Origin: Schmidtea polychroa
Taxonomy: Eukaryota
DNA length: 64,000 nt
Direction: 5' to 3'
Assembly: GCA_044892525.1 (NCBI GenBank)
Contig: CM097885.1
Location: 37,016,001-37,080,000, forward strand
Shown: positions 1-13,620 of the stretch, piece by piece
Layout of the letters: each line of letters begins with the position of its first letter
Position numbering within the stretch: position 1 is the stretch's first letter
The notes under the pieces: model-generated
Told to the model about the DNA's origin: nothing
What the model saw: the letters and a program-made list of their open reading frames with translations, nothing else
The model's database searches: none
Made by a program: the position numbers and the translations under genes

Positions 1-1757
1 TACAACGAATTCTACTTTTTTAATATCAGAAATTTTATCAACATTTAATAAAGTTTTACCGAAAATTTCAATCGGGCTATCATTCGCGCATCTTAATTTT
101 AAATTACTTGTAGTCATATTCAAATTTTAAAAATATTATAATCAATCACACTTATTTTAGCTCCAGTATCTAATAGGCATACTAATTTTACATTATTAAT
201 CATCATGGTAACACTGGGCCTTCCCAGCATTTTATCGTATACTATTATATCATTCCGTTTATCACGATTAAAAACATTTATTTCATTAGAAGTTAGGGGT
301 GGGTCTTTAAAAACTTCATCCATACAAAATTTATTAATGTATATATTAATATAATTTCTATAATCAAAAACACCATCACAACAGTTATCATTCAAACTAT
401 CACAATCATTCAAAATCATACAACCCTTACTCATATCATTAATTACCTTTAATTTATTGCTTCGATCACCTCCTCGTGTGGTGGAGCATTCCCATTATGG
501 TACTCAAAATCAGCCTCTGGATCCTCGTCACCGAATGCAGCCACTAATTTATGGAATTTTCGACGTCTACCTGGAAATAACACATAGCACTGATGTTTAA
601 AATGTCCAGATCTTTTACAATGGGCACATTGAATATTGGGGCATTCAGATCTTCTATGACCTTCTTCGTGGCACGCCCAACATAAAAATAGAATAATTGA
701 AATAGAATAGAATGTTCTCTGGTAAAATCGCCTTTGAATCTTGGATTAGGTTGAGGTTCTGTTGTATATTCATCTTTGAATCTGGGATTAGGTTCTCGTT
801 CTCGAATTGATCTGTTATCATAACTATATCTTGGTAATCTCTTCTTAACAGCATCAGCATAGCGTTGTGTTTTATTCATTGAAGCTACATCAGCATGAAA
901 TACATTAATTTCTTTTGAAACTTGATATTGTCTCTTTAATCTTTCATTTCATCAAATGATTTTAAATTTTGCATTTTAAGATCTTTTTTAACTTCTCTAT
1001 CTTCAAGCGAATTGAATAGCAAAAATTTCTTTAGTTCTTCTTCATCAAGTTTATGTTTCAAAAAAAATTTTGCAAGTTTCTCAATTTTTGAGCAGAATTC
1101 TTCGGCAGCTCATTTCCTTGACGATAATTTAGCGCTTCGGTGAGATCATCGATAAGACTTCGGTTCTTGGCAAGCGTTTCTTAATCTTTCTGTATAATGC
1201 TGAGTTTCATTAGTCAACTCATATTTCTTCGTTGAATTGATTGATAGAAAAGCTTTGACGAATTTGCTTCTGTATTCATCGACAATATTTGTCATCTCGA
1301 AGAATCGTTCCGTTTCAAAGATGAAATTTTCCACGTCTGAATCCATGTCATATGTTTCTGGTGGTTTGATAAAATTTGCAATCGTGGTCGCCATATTAGC
1401 CACAGAGCTACGGGTATTAATAGAATCCATAACTAACACGTTTATTATAAAAACACAAATATTATTAAAACAAATTATAACGTTAATTTGTTTGAGGAGT
1501 TTCTGAAAAATAATAATTAATGTATAAGTAAGGATTTCAGCATACAATCAAACATGCACAACATCATACCATTATTTTAATACAAAATACAAAACGCCTC
1601 ACACAAAGTAAGGTTTGAAAGCTTGACAAAAATGGCCAAGATCGAGCCGAGCCGAGCCCAAGCCTCAAACACAAAGCTTTCAGAAACTCTAGTAATTATA
1701 TAAAATATTTGCTGATTTTTCAAACTTAAAAATTAAAATTAAAAGGAACTTGTGACA
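1..1757 (-). mobile_element. Gypsy/Ty3 LTR retrotransposon, 5' part (LTR ~1757-1394, PBS, degraded gag and aspartic protease); runs off the window start
   Basis: Minus strand starts TGTCACA at 1757, with PBS-like TGGCGACC at 1393-1386. Gag-like MATTIANFIKPPETY...ERFFEM follows, then protease motif CLLDTGA in ORF 120-434. Frameshifted. Confidence 0.8.
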
Positions 1758-4017
1758 ATATTTTTTATATATATAGTAAATTACTGAAGAATACCATATC
1801 GGATAATTACAAAATGCCCGGAACTCTTAAGAAAACCAAGTATGAAATAAATATAAAAATAAACTAAACAAGATTGCTGAATTATTATTAAAATTATTGT
1901 TAACAGACGGCCATTTTTGAATTGTCCTCTGATTATAATATTGAGATTTCCGTTGACTTTATAAAAAGAAGATTGAAAGAAGTCTGGTTAAAAGTTATCG
2001 TCAAACCTTTCATTTTCAAGAGAAATAAAAAGAAGAAACTTCAGTTGATAAAAAGAAATATTTAAAATGAACAATGGAAAACAATTTTATGAACTGATAA
2101 AACAAAAATTAATGAGTTAGGACTAGGAATCTTACTAACATTGCAGAGAAACGATGAAAGTATGATGAAGGATATATACTCATATTAAAGTCCAATTATA
2201 GTTTGTTAATAATTTTCATAATCAGGAATGAGAAACTTTGTAAGAATTAATAGAATTACGACCAAGAAGTTCTACAACAGTGAGATATTGAAGTGAATTT
2301 TGCTTCAGTCTACGTGAAAATTAGGTTTCAGAAGAAATTCTGTTTTTCAAGAATTCTGCGATCTGAAACATACTTTTGCAATTAACATGAAATGGGTACC
2401 AAAATTAGGGTTCCTAAATCATGACACAAAAATTTGGAATTGAAATTACTTTCCAGGAAAAATTGGATTTTTGTCAAAAATTGCTGGAATCAATACTAAA
2501 CTAAATTTCAACTGTTATTTGTGCCTGTTTGGTGTTTTCAGTTGAGAATTAAATATTTCGAATATTTTGTTAAAATAATTTAAAATGAATTGTAAATAAT
2601 TAAATTGTTAAAATCAGAAATGAATTTTTAATATTAAGTAATTGTAGAATATTCTAATGATATTATATTATATTATAATACTATTATAACAACGAAAATG
2701 CATTTATGCATATACTAAAACTGATTTAAACATTGTAACGTTTTTAATATACAGCAAATTACTTTCATACTCGGGTTTAGTTTTGCGTAATAATTATGTT
2801 AAACTTGAACGCTAATTTTTGGATAATTCGACCCATATTAAGAAACGTTTAATTAAGCCTGGTTTAAAAATATAGTCGAAATTCGTTTTCTCACTAATTA
2901 TATATGCAAATATTTTGAAAGAACAGGGCTGGTGAAAAATACATTGGAAAGACTAGGTATATTGTACTGTTATAATTAAATAATAAATGTAATGGTATAT
3001 GGTAATATATGGTAAACTTGATTCTCATTTTTATGTAATAAATAAAAAAACCTTTACTAATAAAGAGTTGTTATAGAAAATATGGATTAATACTGATTGG
3101 ACATATGTTGTTTGATATGGCTTCCTTCACAATGGTATTTAACCACCGAAAAGATAATATACATGCATGAATGGCTTGATTGATAAGAAAACGTGGCTGT
3201 GAATGTGTTTCATGCACTCCTTAGGTCATACTGGTATTGTTAAACTTGATGTATCATTCTCTCCGATCAATATTAATGCAAACGGATGAGTGATGATTTG
3301 GAAGACTGTGTGTACAAGATGCGTTATAAAAGCCTTTCTCAGAAACACATTGCTGACACTCTTCACATATCCAGATGTGCTGCTCATGGTGCCGTACAAG
3401 GTCGTGTTGTGGACTTCGCGCAACTTCTATAGGAAAGGATAGAACAATCACCATGCTCATAAAATGTGATAGCTTTGCATCATTCTCTTTTTTTATATAT
3501 GAGCATAATGAAGAGAAATGTTCGCATGATGAAACTCACATCATCAATGAAAAAATTAAAGTTGGCTATTGAAAAGAAATGAAAAATGCCATTCACTCCT
3601 TCCCTCTGAGTCGACTGTATGTTTCAATGTGTTTTCATTTGATACGAGTTTTAATAAACCATGGTTGACGATAGTTTTGTACTTACTTCACTAATAAACT
3701 TAATTCTAATCAGTATTAATCCATATTTTCATCATTTCAATAGATGTACCTAACTTTGTGAAATACAGGCTTATTTGACATTCTTATTCGTCATAATTTG
3801 ACCAATAAGCGAAGATATTTCAGCATGCTTACGTCATGTTTGTGGACTATCCTTATATAATAATAATTATTATAAATATGTTAACATGTCATTTCATTAT
3901 TATGGTCATTCACATGTTTGACATCGTATATTACAAACTCATATATATTTATAAACCACTCTGAAATAATTTTTCTACTAGTAAAGATTTGCATGATAGT
4001 AAAAAGGAATTCCTTAA

Positions 4018-4293
4018 CCCCTTCGCAGATACATGAAATTTAGAAAATGTTCGCAAAGTGATACAAGTACTTATTTGGGGTTTAATGCAGATATTTAAAT
4101 TCGGATTATTGCTAAACATAAGAGTACAAAAAAAAACCTAAATGGGTCACTAATTCAAATTTGATTGCTTCTGTAAGGGCACAAAATATGCTCCTACATA
4201 TAAAACCAAATGCAATCGCCGACGGGTATGTCCGACGTGTTTATGTACGATATTTTTTATGTGTCGGCCTATGCCTTCGTGTCCGCGAAAGGG
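4018..4293. mobile_element. Non-autonomous piggyBac MITE
   Basis: TTAA at 4014-4017 and 4294-4297; imperfect TIRs CCCCTTCGCAGATAC / GTGTCCGCGAAAGGG. Confidence 0.75.
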
Positions 4294-5241
4294 TTAAGGG
4301 ATTTTTTTTCAAATTTGAAATCAAATGTAAAAACCCTAAGAAATATGAGACATGAAATTTTTCAACCGTCAGATTAATTAACGAGACACGTAGCAATTAT
4401 TCAACTGAAATCTTGATTAATAAATATTTTTCTCGTAAATCATCTAATTTTTGACATTTTCAAAGTTTTATTAAATAAAATAATCAGGCATCGTTTTGTG
4501 ATTAAAATGCAACTGAAACTATTGTTTTTTGTTTACGAGGCTAATTTTTATTTTATTTTTTGTTGATATGGTGAATTTGTTTGTTGTATTTTTTTGTATT
4601 GTTTATATAAAGTAATCATATGGTATCTCTAATGATCTTTGCCATCATCATCTCTATTACAAACATATATTAGTTGAATGTAAATCATAATTCAAATAAC
4701 CCCAATGAAATTATTTTGGAAATAGATAGAAACGTCTATAAATATTTTATTGGACAATAAGTTTATGAAAATATTAAATAAATATGCTATTAAAATATAA
4801 TTTTCTTTTTACTGAACAAATTTACATATATGTATCAATTGGGAATATATATTTCACTGGGATTTATTTCACACCAGTTATAGGACTATTTATATTTCAC
4901 GAATATGTTGTACAGACTGTATTTTGGGAACACTTGTCAGCTTTAGATTGAATCACCATTTCCATTCCCAACATCATTTATGGTCCCTTCCATCATAACA
5001 AGATTTATAAAATATCATTTGAAACTCATAGATAAATGACTAATTTCAATAGATTAAGTCCAAGTGAATGTTTATTTCTAGAAATTTATGTTTAATTAAA
5101 TGTTCCAGAAGTTATCTTTCACACAAGTCAATTGTAATTTAGTGTTTATAAATGAATAATTCATCTACTTATGAATAATTTTTGTATTTTCAATTTGTCA
5201 TCAATTTTTAGAATCTTTTTTTTAATGATGATGATGATGAC

Positions 5242-6292
<1,051 letters not shown>

Positions 6293-6654
6293 CTTTGAGA
6301 ATAACTGACAATATACAAAGAAATTAAAAAAATAAGAATAAATTAAAAAGTAATAATTAGAATAATATAGAAAAAAATTTTAAAAAATAGGATTTGAAAA
6401 TCAAAATTGACACATTTATTGAAATATTTAAATAGCATATATAAGTAGTTATTGGAGTCTTTATTTAAAATATTTTCAAATATTTTATTAGGCTTCTAGA
6501 AGCTAATTATAGAAGCTGTAAAAAATTTAAAAGTTTTTAGTAAAACAATTCATTATATTTACAACCAATGAGAATTAAGAGAAAGGAAATAAAAGAAAGA
6601 TTGAAGGGTATTTTGAAGAAGAACATTGCTAAATTCCAGGAGATTGACAAGGAC

Positions 6655-6769
6655 TATCGTATAGTCGAAAATTCTTTCATTAAATACAATATTTGCAGCA
6701 AAAGGCTTAAATTATCATTTTATTGTTTTAAATAATAAATGCTGCTACCAAGCAATCATCATTTTATAC

Positions 6770-6855
<86 letters not shown>

Positions 6856-7010
6856 TAAAATGATGATTTCTTGGTAGCAGCATTTATTATTTAAAACAAT
6901 AAAATGATAATTTAGGCCTTTTGCTGCAAATAATGTATTTAATGAAAAAAATTTCGACTATAAGATACATTATTTGCAGCAAAAGGCTTAAATTATCATT
7001 TTATTGTTTA
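6655..7010. repeat. ~115-bp inverted repeat around an (AAT)n loop, plus a partial third copy
   Basis: ~6655-6768 is the reverse complement of ~6856-6968 (GCTGCTACCAAG / CTTGGTAGCAGC). Partial direct copy at ~6966-7010 and another copy at ~10313-10377. Confidence 0.85.
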
Positions 7011-7207
7011 GAATAAAAATAATAATAATAATAAATGTAATATATATGAAACAACAACAATCCATATGATAAATCAATCTTCTCACCCTATTTCTCATAC
7101 TTAAATTCACAAAAACAATTAGAAGAAGTATATAAATAAGTATTATTTCTATAAATTTCTTACAGTGTTTCTCATTTTTTAATTTTATTAAAATATTTCA
7201 ATAATTA

Positions 7208-7600
7208 TTATGAACAAGTATTTTGGGAATCTTTGTTGATAAAATTATTGTATCCGAAAATTAATTTGCAAAATTCTTTGAAAGCTTGTGTTTTGGAATT
7301 TTTTTTTAATAGTTTGGGTTATAAATTGTGGGTATGTGGATTGTTGTTGTTTTAAATATATTAAATTATTAAGTTAAATAATTAAAAAATTGTTAAAATT
7401 AAAAATTATTAATATATTTTAAAATGTTTAAATATATTTATTATAAATTGTAAATCGATTTATTATTTAAATTAAAAATTTAAAAATATTTTTATTAAAA
7501 GGAAAAAATTAATACAATTTTATCATAAAATCTATAATATCTAATTTTTTAATCATACCTGACGATGACAGGAAAACAGCCGAAATATATCGTAAAACGA
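7208..7600 (+). mobile_element. Penelope-like 3' fragment (end of GIY-YIG domain plus pLTR with hammerhead-like core)
   Basis: Reads EQVFWESLLIKLLYPKINLQ, similar to the end of the PLE ORF near 20300. CTGACGA...CGAAATATATC at 7559-7591. Confidence 0.6.
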
Positions 7601-8821
7601 ATGTTCGAGTCTCACGTTCTAATAACTAATTTGTTTTATTGATTTCAGTATTTCATTGTGTTTTACGGATCTTTTATTACAATTCTATTAGCATTGGAAA
7701 GTATTTTTTATTTGCGATTTGTAAAGTAAAATAGTAAGGTCGACATTTTGAAAATGTTTTGTTCACAACAATCACATTTGGCCTACAATTAGTATTACTT
7801 AATTAATTAAAACATATTGTGACCATAAAATATGCAATTAACCTAAAATGTGAAAAAAATTCAATATTATTTGTTTGATTACGAACTAGATACGCTCAGT
7901 CATCATAACACTCGCACTATCGATTTTATGCGAATAAATATCGCAGTGAAATTTTTGAAGGTCTTAGGTGAACCTTGTCAAATAATTAATAAATCTCTTC
8001 TGAATTTGCATCACTGGACTACTGTATATTAAATGTACATTATACAGAAAACTTTAGAGTATTTAGTTTATGAAAATATTGCAAATATTAAACCATGAAT
8101 GAGAAATATTTATCTTGTAAAAATGCATCGGTACTTCCGGAAAGTTAAGCGAAGGAATAATGATACTCATACGGTAGAAGGAAACATAAAATACCCATAC
8201 ACTTTAATGTGGACTCATTTCTCTACAATATTGACAAAATATTAATGTACCGAGAATTTGATATTTAAATTGCTGATTCAAAACAGATGCAGAAAGTAGT
8301 AAATAAACGCACTGAAACCCATATGAAAAAACGACTTTATTACTGTAACTTCTATTACTAAATTACTTTGTTTAGTTTATGTAAGAATATTTCTTCAGCA
8401 CTATTTTCAAGAGTAGATACATAATTGTATTTGCAAATTATCTTATTGACTTTTCCAACTTCATATTCCCATGTTGTAACTTTTTCGGTGGTTGTAGATA
8501 TTAAATATAAAATAGGGACAGACTTTTGGATGTGGAACCTCAATTACGGTTAAGAATAACAATTGCAATTATTATAAACTGTCCTCTCATCATAAACAAT
8601 ACCATTCCTCGCATTAGGTGATGCAAATTTTGACACATGTAAAATTGGATTTTTTTCAATTAAATTATTCTCAGTGAAAACATTAAAATCTGCAGGGTTT
8701 TTCATGAGTAAAAACAAAAAAAAACTTGTTGAATGACAGGAGTGTTAGACGCAATAAAAAAATTCAATCGTTTTTTACTTAAAGTACCGTCCTTGGAGAT
8801 TTGAATGTTATTTATTGTGTA

Positions 8822-9118
8822 CCATATTTTAGCGCGTATAACCCACACTCACTTCTCCCCGCATTTTTAAATGAATTTTTTAATTTTTATTTTGTATTAT
8901 TTGGAAAATATACTATTTTACACTCAAGTAGTGATGATTCTGAAATGGAAGAAATATAATAAATTTTAATTTTGTTAAAAGCAATGAGTTTAAAATAAAA
9001 ATTTAATTTTTAAATAAAAAAAATTTAAAACCACCTTTTACCGCATTTTGCTCTTCATAGCAAATAAAAAGAACAAAAATTCATCTATAACCCGCGGGTT
9101 ATACACGGTAATATGTGG
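8822..9118. mobile_element. TA-flanked Tc1/mariner-pogo-type MITE
   Basis: Imperfect TIRs CCATATTTTAGCGCGTATAACCC / GGGTTATACACGGTAATATGTGG with TA on both sides. Confidence 0.6.
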
Positions 9119-10075
9119 TAGTTCGTCATTAATCATTTATTATTGTTAGTATTATAATTATAAAATTCTAGTACCATTAACATGTACGCATCCAAATTTT
9201 AAATAGTTAATAATTTTTATTGTTAATTAAATTTATATGTGATTTTTCCTAACATGAAATCTTGGACCTTTGATCTATTAGCAAAAATCATTTCTTATTT
9301 AACTCATGTTTCTAAAAATAAACTTTTAAATGTCTTTCTCTATATTTAGTTGTTTGCAAAATTTCTGCAGTCGACATCGCTACGCGGAAACCCATCAATG
9401 CACCTACGATTATAAATCGGAAGGTCGCCGTTGGTTGAAAGAATCCAACCCAATGATTAATGCTTCAAAATTACCAAAAATCTAAAACGATTATGATTAA
9501 ACTTTTATTAATTAGTTATAACTAATTACTCAATAACTGTGATGTTTTATATTTTCCCTCGTATTCCAAACATTGTGTTGATCTTGATTGACATTCGCCA
9601 TCGTATCTATCCTCATCAGGTATCAGGATTTGGAATCTGTGCGACAGTGACAGAAATTAATTGTATATTGATGTGAATTATTGTCGGAGTAATGGATTTT
9701 CGTCTTATCGTTTCTCAATTTCCATCATTTGATACTTATCTTTTAATTAAACATTCATTATTTATTTTGCGTTCGTTTCTGTTTAGCGGCGATGCTAGGT
9801 GAAGATCGGATATGTTTTTAACTATCGATTTTATTGTATTTGTTGGTAAATTATCAGAGGGGATTTTATTTATTTACGTCCGTCTATCTCTATATATATA
9901 TCTATATTTTGTGGACATTGGGTGTTTAGTAAGTGGTTCAATCAAAATAGTCTTAGTAATAATTAATTTCCTTTCAAGTATAGCAGGACAACGAAATGCA
10001 GTCCTAGTGCCTCTTATCAGATTTTGTAATATAACATGAATATATTGCGAATAAATCTTATTTATTTACCCTGAG

Positions 10076-10079
<4 letters not shown>

Positions 10080-10135
<56 letters not shown>

Positions 10136-10312
10136 TTTATTATTTTTATTATTATTATTATTATTTTTATTATTATTATTTTTATTATTATTATTATTTT
10201 TATTATTATTATTTTTATTATTTTTATTATTATTTTTATTATTATTTTTATTATTATTATTATTATTTTTATTATTATTATTTTTATTATTATTTTTATT
10301 ATTATTATTATT
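10080..10312. repeat. Interrupted (TTA)n microsatellite
   Basis: TTA units with interspersed TTT. Confidence 0.95.
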
Positions 10313-11350
10313 AAATGATGATTTCTTGGTAGCAGCATTTATTATTTAAAACAATAAAATGATAATTTAAGCCTTCTATAAATGAAATGAGAAGAAAATC
10401 AGGAATAACTTCACTAAGCTTGGAGGCAGGTGCAAGTCTACGTTACTCAAAAATCTCCAACATCGGACCTGTTTCATCGAGATTGTCTATGTCACTCCTA
10501 TACCAAATGTTTTTGCTTTCCAAAACACATTGTATATTAAATCACTTGCACTTGATGTGACGCAACGTACATAGGAGTATGGGTAATAATACCGGTTTAC
10601 CCGTAAATTATTCCTTATTTGTGTATTTACACACCGATTTTTTTCAATAAATTACAGGTAAACCGGTAAAATTTTATAATATTTTAACGCTATAGAGTAC
10701 TGACAAGTGACGTAATTTTAAAGCAAAAGTGAGCATTGGCCATCTAATTTCAAGAAAAATAGATTTGCTTAAAATTGTGCTTCAGATATATTTTAAATTA
10801 TCACAAAACTAGTATATGATATAAAAAGTATAAATGAAAGTGTTCGGTGTAATCAAAATTTAATAAACTTTGATAAAGTTTGATTAAATTAAACAAATAA
10901 AAAATCTCTACAGAAATAAAAACAGCATTTCAAATTTCACGTCAGCACTTTACATATATTATTGTTAAAATTTTATTGTCCGTCCATTTCTGAACTAATG
11001 TGAATGCTGCATTATTCATTCAGTAGTACTGATAAGGTAATAAAATAATTAAAATTAAAAAAAAATATTTGCAATGAGAGAGGTGCAAGACTGGTCAAGG
11101 AGAGAAGTGACAATGCGAAGAAATAAAACGGGAAGAAAGACTCGAGAAGGTGCATCAGTATATGGGAAAAGCATAAAAAATTGAATTGAGGAAAATCGAT
11201 AAAAGATTCATAAATTCGAATTAAAGTCTGGAAAATTGGTCATGGTGATAACGGAATTTTCAGAAAATGCTAGGAAGAGTGTGAAAAGGTTCGTAAACAA
11301 TCAAAAACAAGAAAATGAAAATAATTAATTAATTAACTAATTAGCTAGTT

Positions 11351-11762
11351 CAGTGTTGTCCAAACTGTGTGCCGTGGCGGGTGCCCAGGTGTGCCGTGAA
11401 ATTTTTTAAAAAAAGTCAAAAAACCCTGTTTTTCCAAACAACTTAATAAAAGGCAATTTGATTGTGGATATTTTAACAGTTAATTCAAATTTAAATGTTA
11501 ATCAGTCAATTAAGTGCGAAATTTATTTATTTACAATCATATTTATATTTCTTACTAGAAATATTGACTATCTAAAATACATCAAGTATATAAATCTCAT
11601 TAACTATGTTTTATGAATTTTTCATTCACTGATTTTTCTAAATTTAAAATTTTTTACATTAAATTTATTTCAAGTAAATAAGTTTTTCATTTCTTATTAA
11701 AAGATTAGTAAAAGTGCAATAAAAAATTGCAAATAAAGCAAAATAAAATTTAGGTGTGCCGC
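11351..11762 (+). mobile_element. hAT-type MITE missing its right end
   Basis: Starts CAGTGTTGTCCAAACTGTGTGCCG with repeated GTGTGCCG. It is absent from the inverted homologous copy near 15045. Confidence 0.55.
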
Positions 11763-11769
11763 ATTATCT

Positions 11770-13620
11770 TGTCACAATGATTGATGAGAGAAGACCAAAA
11801 ATAGATGGGCCATTAATTATCTTTGTTTGTCGGACCATTCTGGGTGACAGCCGAAGAAGATATGTAGATTAGAATTTCAGGAGAGACATTGGCTCAGCAA
11901 TAACCATTTGTCATCCCAATTTTGAAGAGTATATAATGAATGGGAATATCAGAGTAACCGGCATTATGCCTCAGCTAGGGACACGAAGAAACCGAGCTTA
12001 GGATAATCAGGAAATTAGGGAAACGAACGGATAGAGTTAGAAAATATTCGTGACGTGAGAAGAAAATTGAATTGGAAGCCGGCCAGATCAAATAGTAAAC
12101 GTTCGATTAAAAGGTGAATATTGATAAAGGTTTTGACAAAGCATCAGCGCCGAGCGGATAACCGATTAAACTTGTAAAACTGTGTCGATTGTATTGTTGG
12201 ATTTTGAGAGATTTGTGTGATTCAAATATATTTTGGGTAGTTTGATTGCTTTATTATTTACAAATAAAGGGACACATGAAGTCAGAGGTTACCAAATTGA
12301 ATCAATATTAGCCAAAATATATTCTGGTGAACCTGACGTGATTCGAAAGTCTGTGGAGAATTAAACAGTAACAACGTGATCTAAGTCGGCAGATAGATAT
12401 TACAGGTTATTATTGGAAGATTGAATCTGAATAAAGAATTCTATTGAGGAAAAGTAAATTTTAATTATTATCTAAATTTTGAATTTTAACTCAAAGTGAA
12501 TCGATATAACACCAGATGTCAGAAACAAACCCAAATGGCAAATGATAATGCTTTTATGCCTCTCAATAGAGAGATGATTGATTTCGCAAGTTGCCAAAAT
12601 TACCAGTTAATCAATATGGAGGAGACACTTTTGAGTTCGCTGATTTCACTACCTTCTGTGCGCCTCAGCCTAAGGATGGACACAAGTCATCATGGTTCAG
12701 AGATTCCCACTCTATTTGAACGGTGTGACAAGGAAAGCATGGCAGCAATTTGATAAACGAAATATTAGCAATTATTGGACGAAACTAAAGGATGCGATGG
12801 CATTGAAACTGGTTGGCGGAGATATCAAAACAATCATGATACAGAAGTTCTATAATCGAATTCAAGGTCCGGATGAATCGGTCAGTGAGTTTGCTTATCA
12901 TTTGACCACTTTAGCTGATAAAGCCTTTGAAGTCAAACCAGATCAAGCAAATATGCCTAAGCAAATTAAAGAGTTACTACAAGATCAATTATAATCGGAG
13001 TCCATTCTGAAATCAAAAAGGTCTTATGTTATGTAGATTCTTCTAATTTCGAGGAACTTGTAAATAAAGAACTGAAGATCGAATTAAAATTGAAAAGCGC
13101 GCAAAGATTCGATGCGTTTGGAGCCAATGTGGAGAGACGTGAGAGACCAATTACTCATGTGAGAGCACAATGGGATGAAAAGAAAATAAACCATATCAGC
13201 AACCCAATTTTGAGACCAAACAATGGATTTCAAACCAGTAGATCAGCCATGAACATTCAATCAAATGGACAGGTAAATAACCTTCAGTGTGAGCATTGTA
13301 AAAATCCTGGACATTATCCAAATCAATGTTGGTTTAAATATGGAAAAAATCCCAGCCCTAACAAGAGATTTACGGATAACAAAATGATTAATAGTGATGT
13401 CGAATGTTATCGATGCGGGAAGAAAGGGAGACAAAGTGAATACAAACCGACAAATACAATGCCATTTATGCAAGGGATATGGTGATATGGTGCGATCATG
13501 CCCAAGTAATTCAGAGAAATCTAGCAGACCTATTCTAAAGAAATCGATTAGGTTCCAAGACGACATGCCATATACTATCTTTACTACACCTGATTCAGCG
13601 AAGATCCTCAATTGACAGAA
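11770..13620 (+). mobile_element. Gypsy LTR element: LTR, tRNA-Trp-type PBS and frameshifted gag with CCHC knuckles
   Basis: Starts TGTCACA at 11770. TGGTGAACCTGACGTGATTCGAA at 12325-12347 resembles the complement of the tRNA-Trp 3' end. Gag motifs QGPDESVSEFAYHL, CEHCKNPGHYPNQC, CYRCGKKG. Confidence 0.8.

Noticed and set aside
3120..3600. Higher-GC patch with short overlapping ORFs
   Set aside because: No recognisable motif or convincing exon structure in any frame; cannot assign.
9585..9630. CTGATGAG...CGAAT on the minus strand, hammerhead-like
   Set aside because: Lacks the GAAA core and a pairing stem II.
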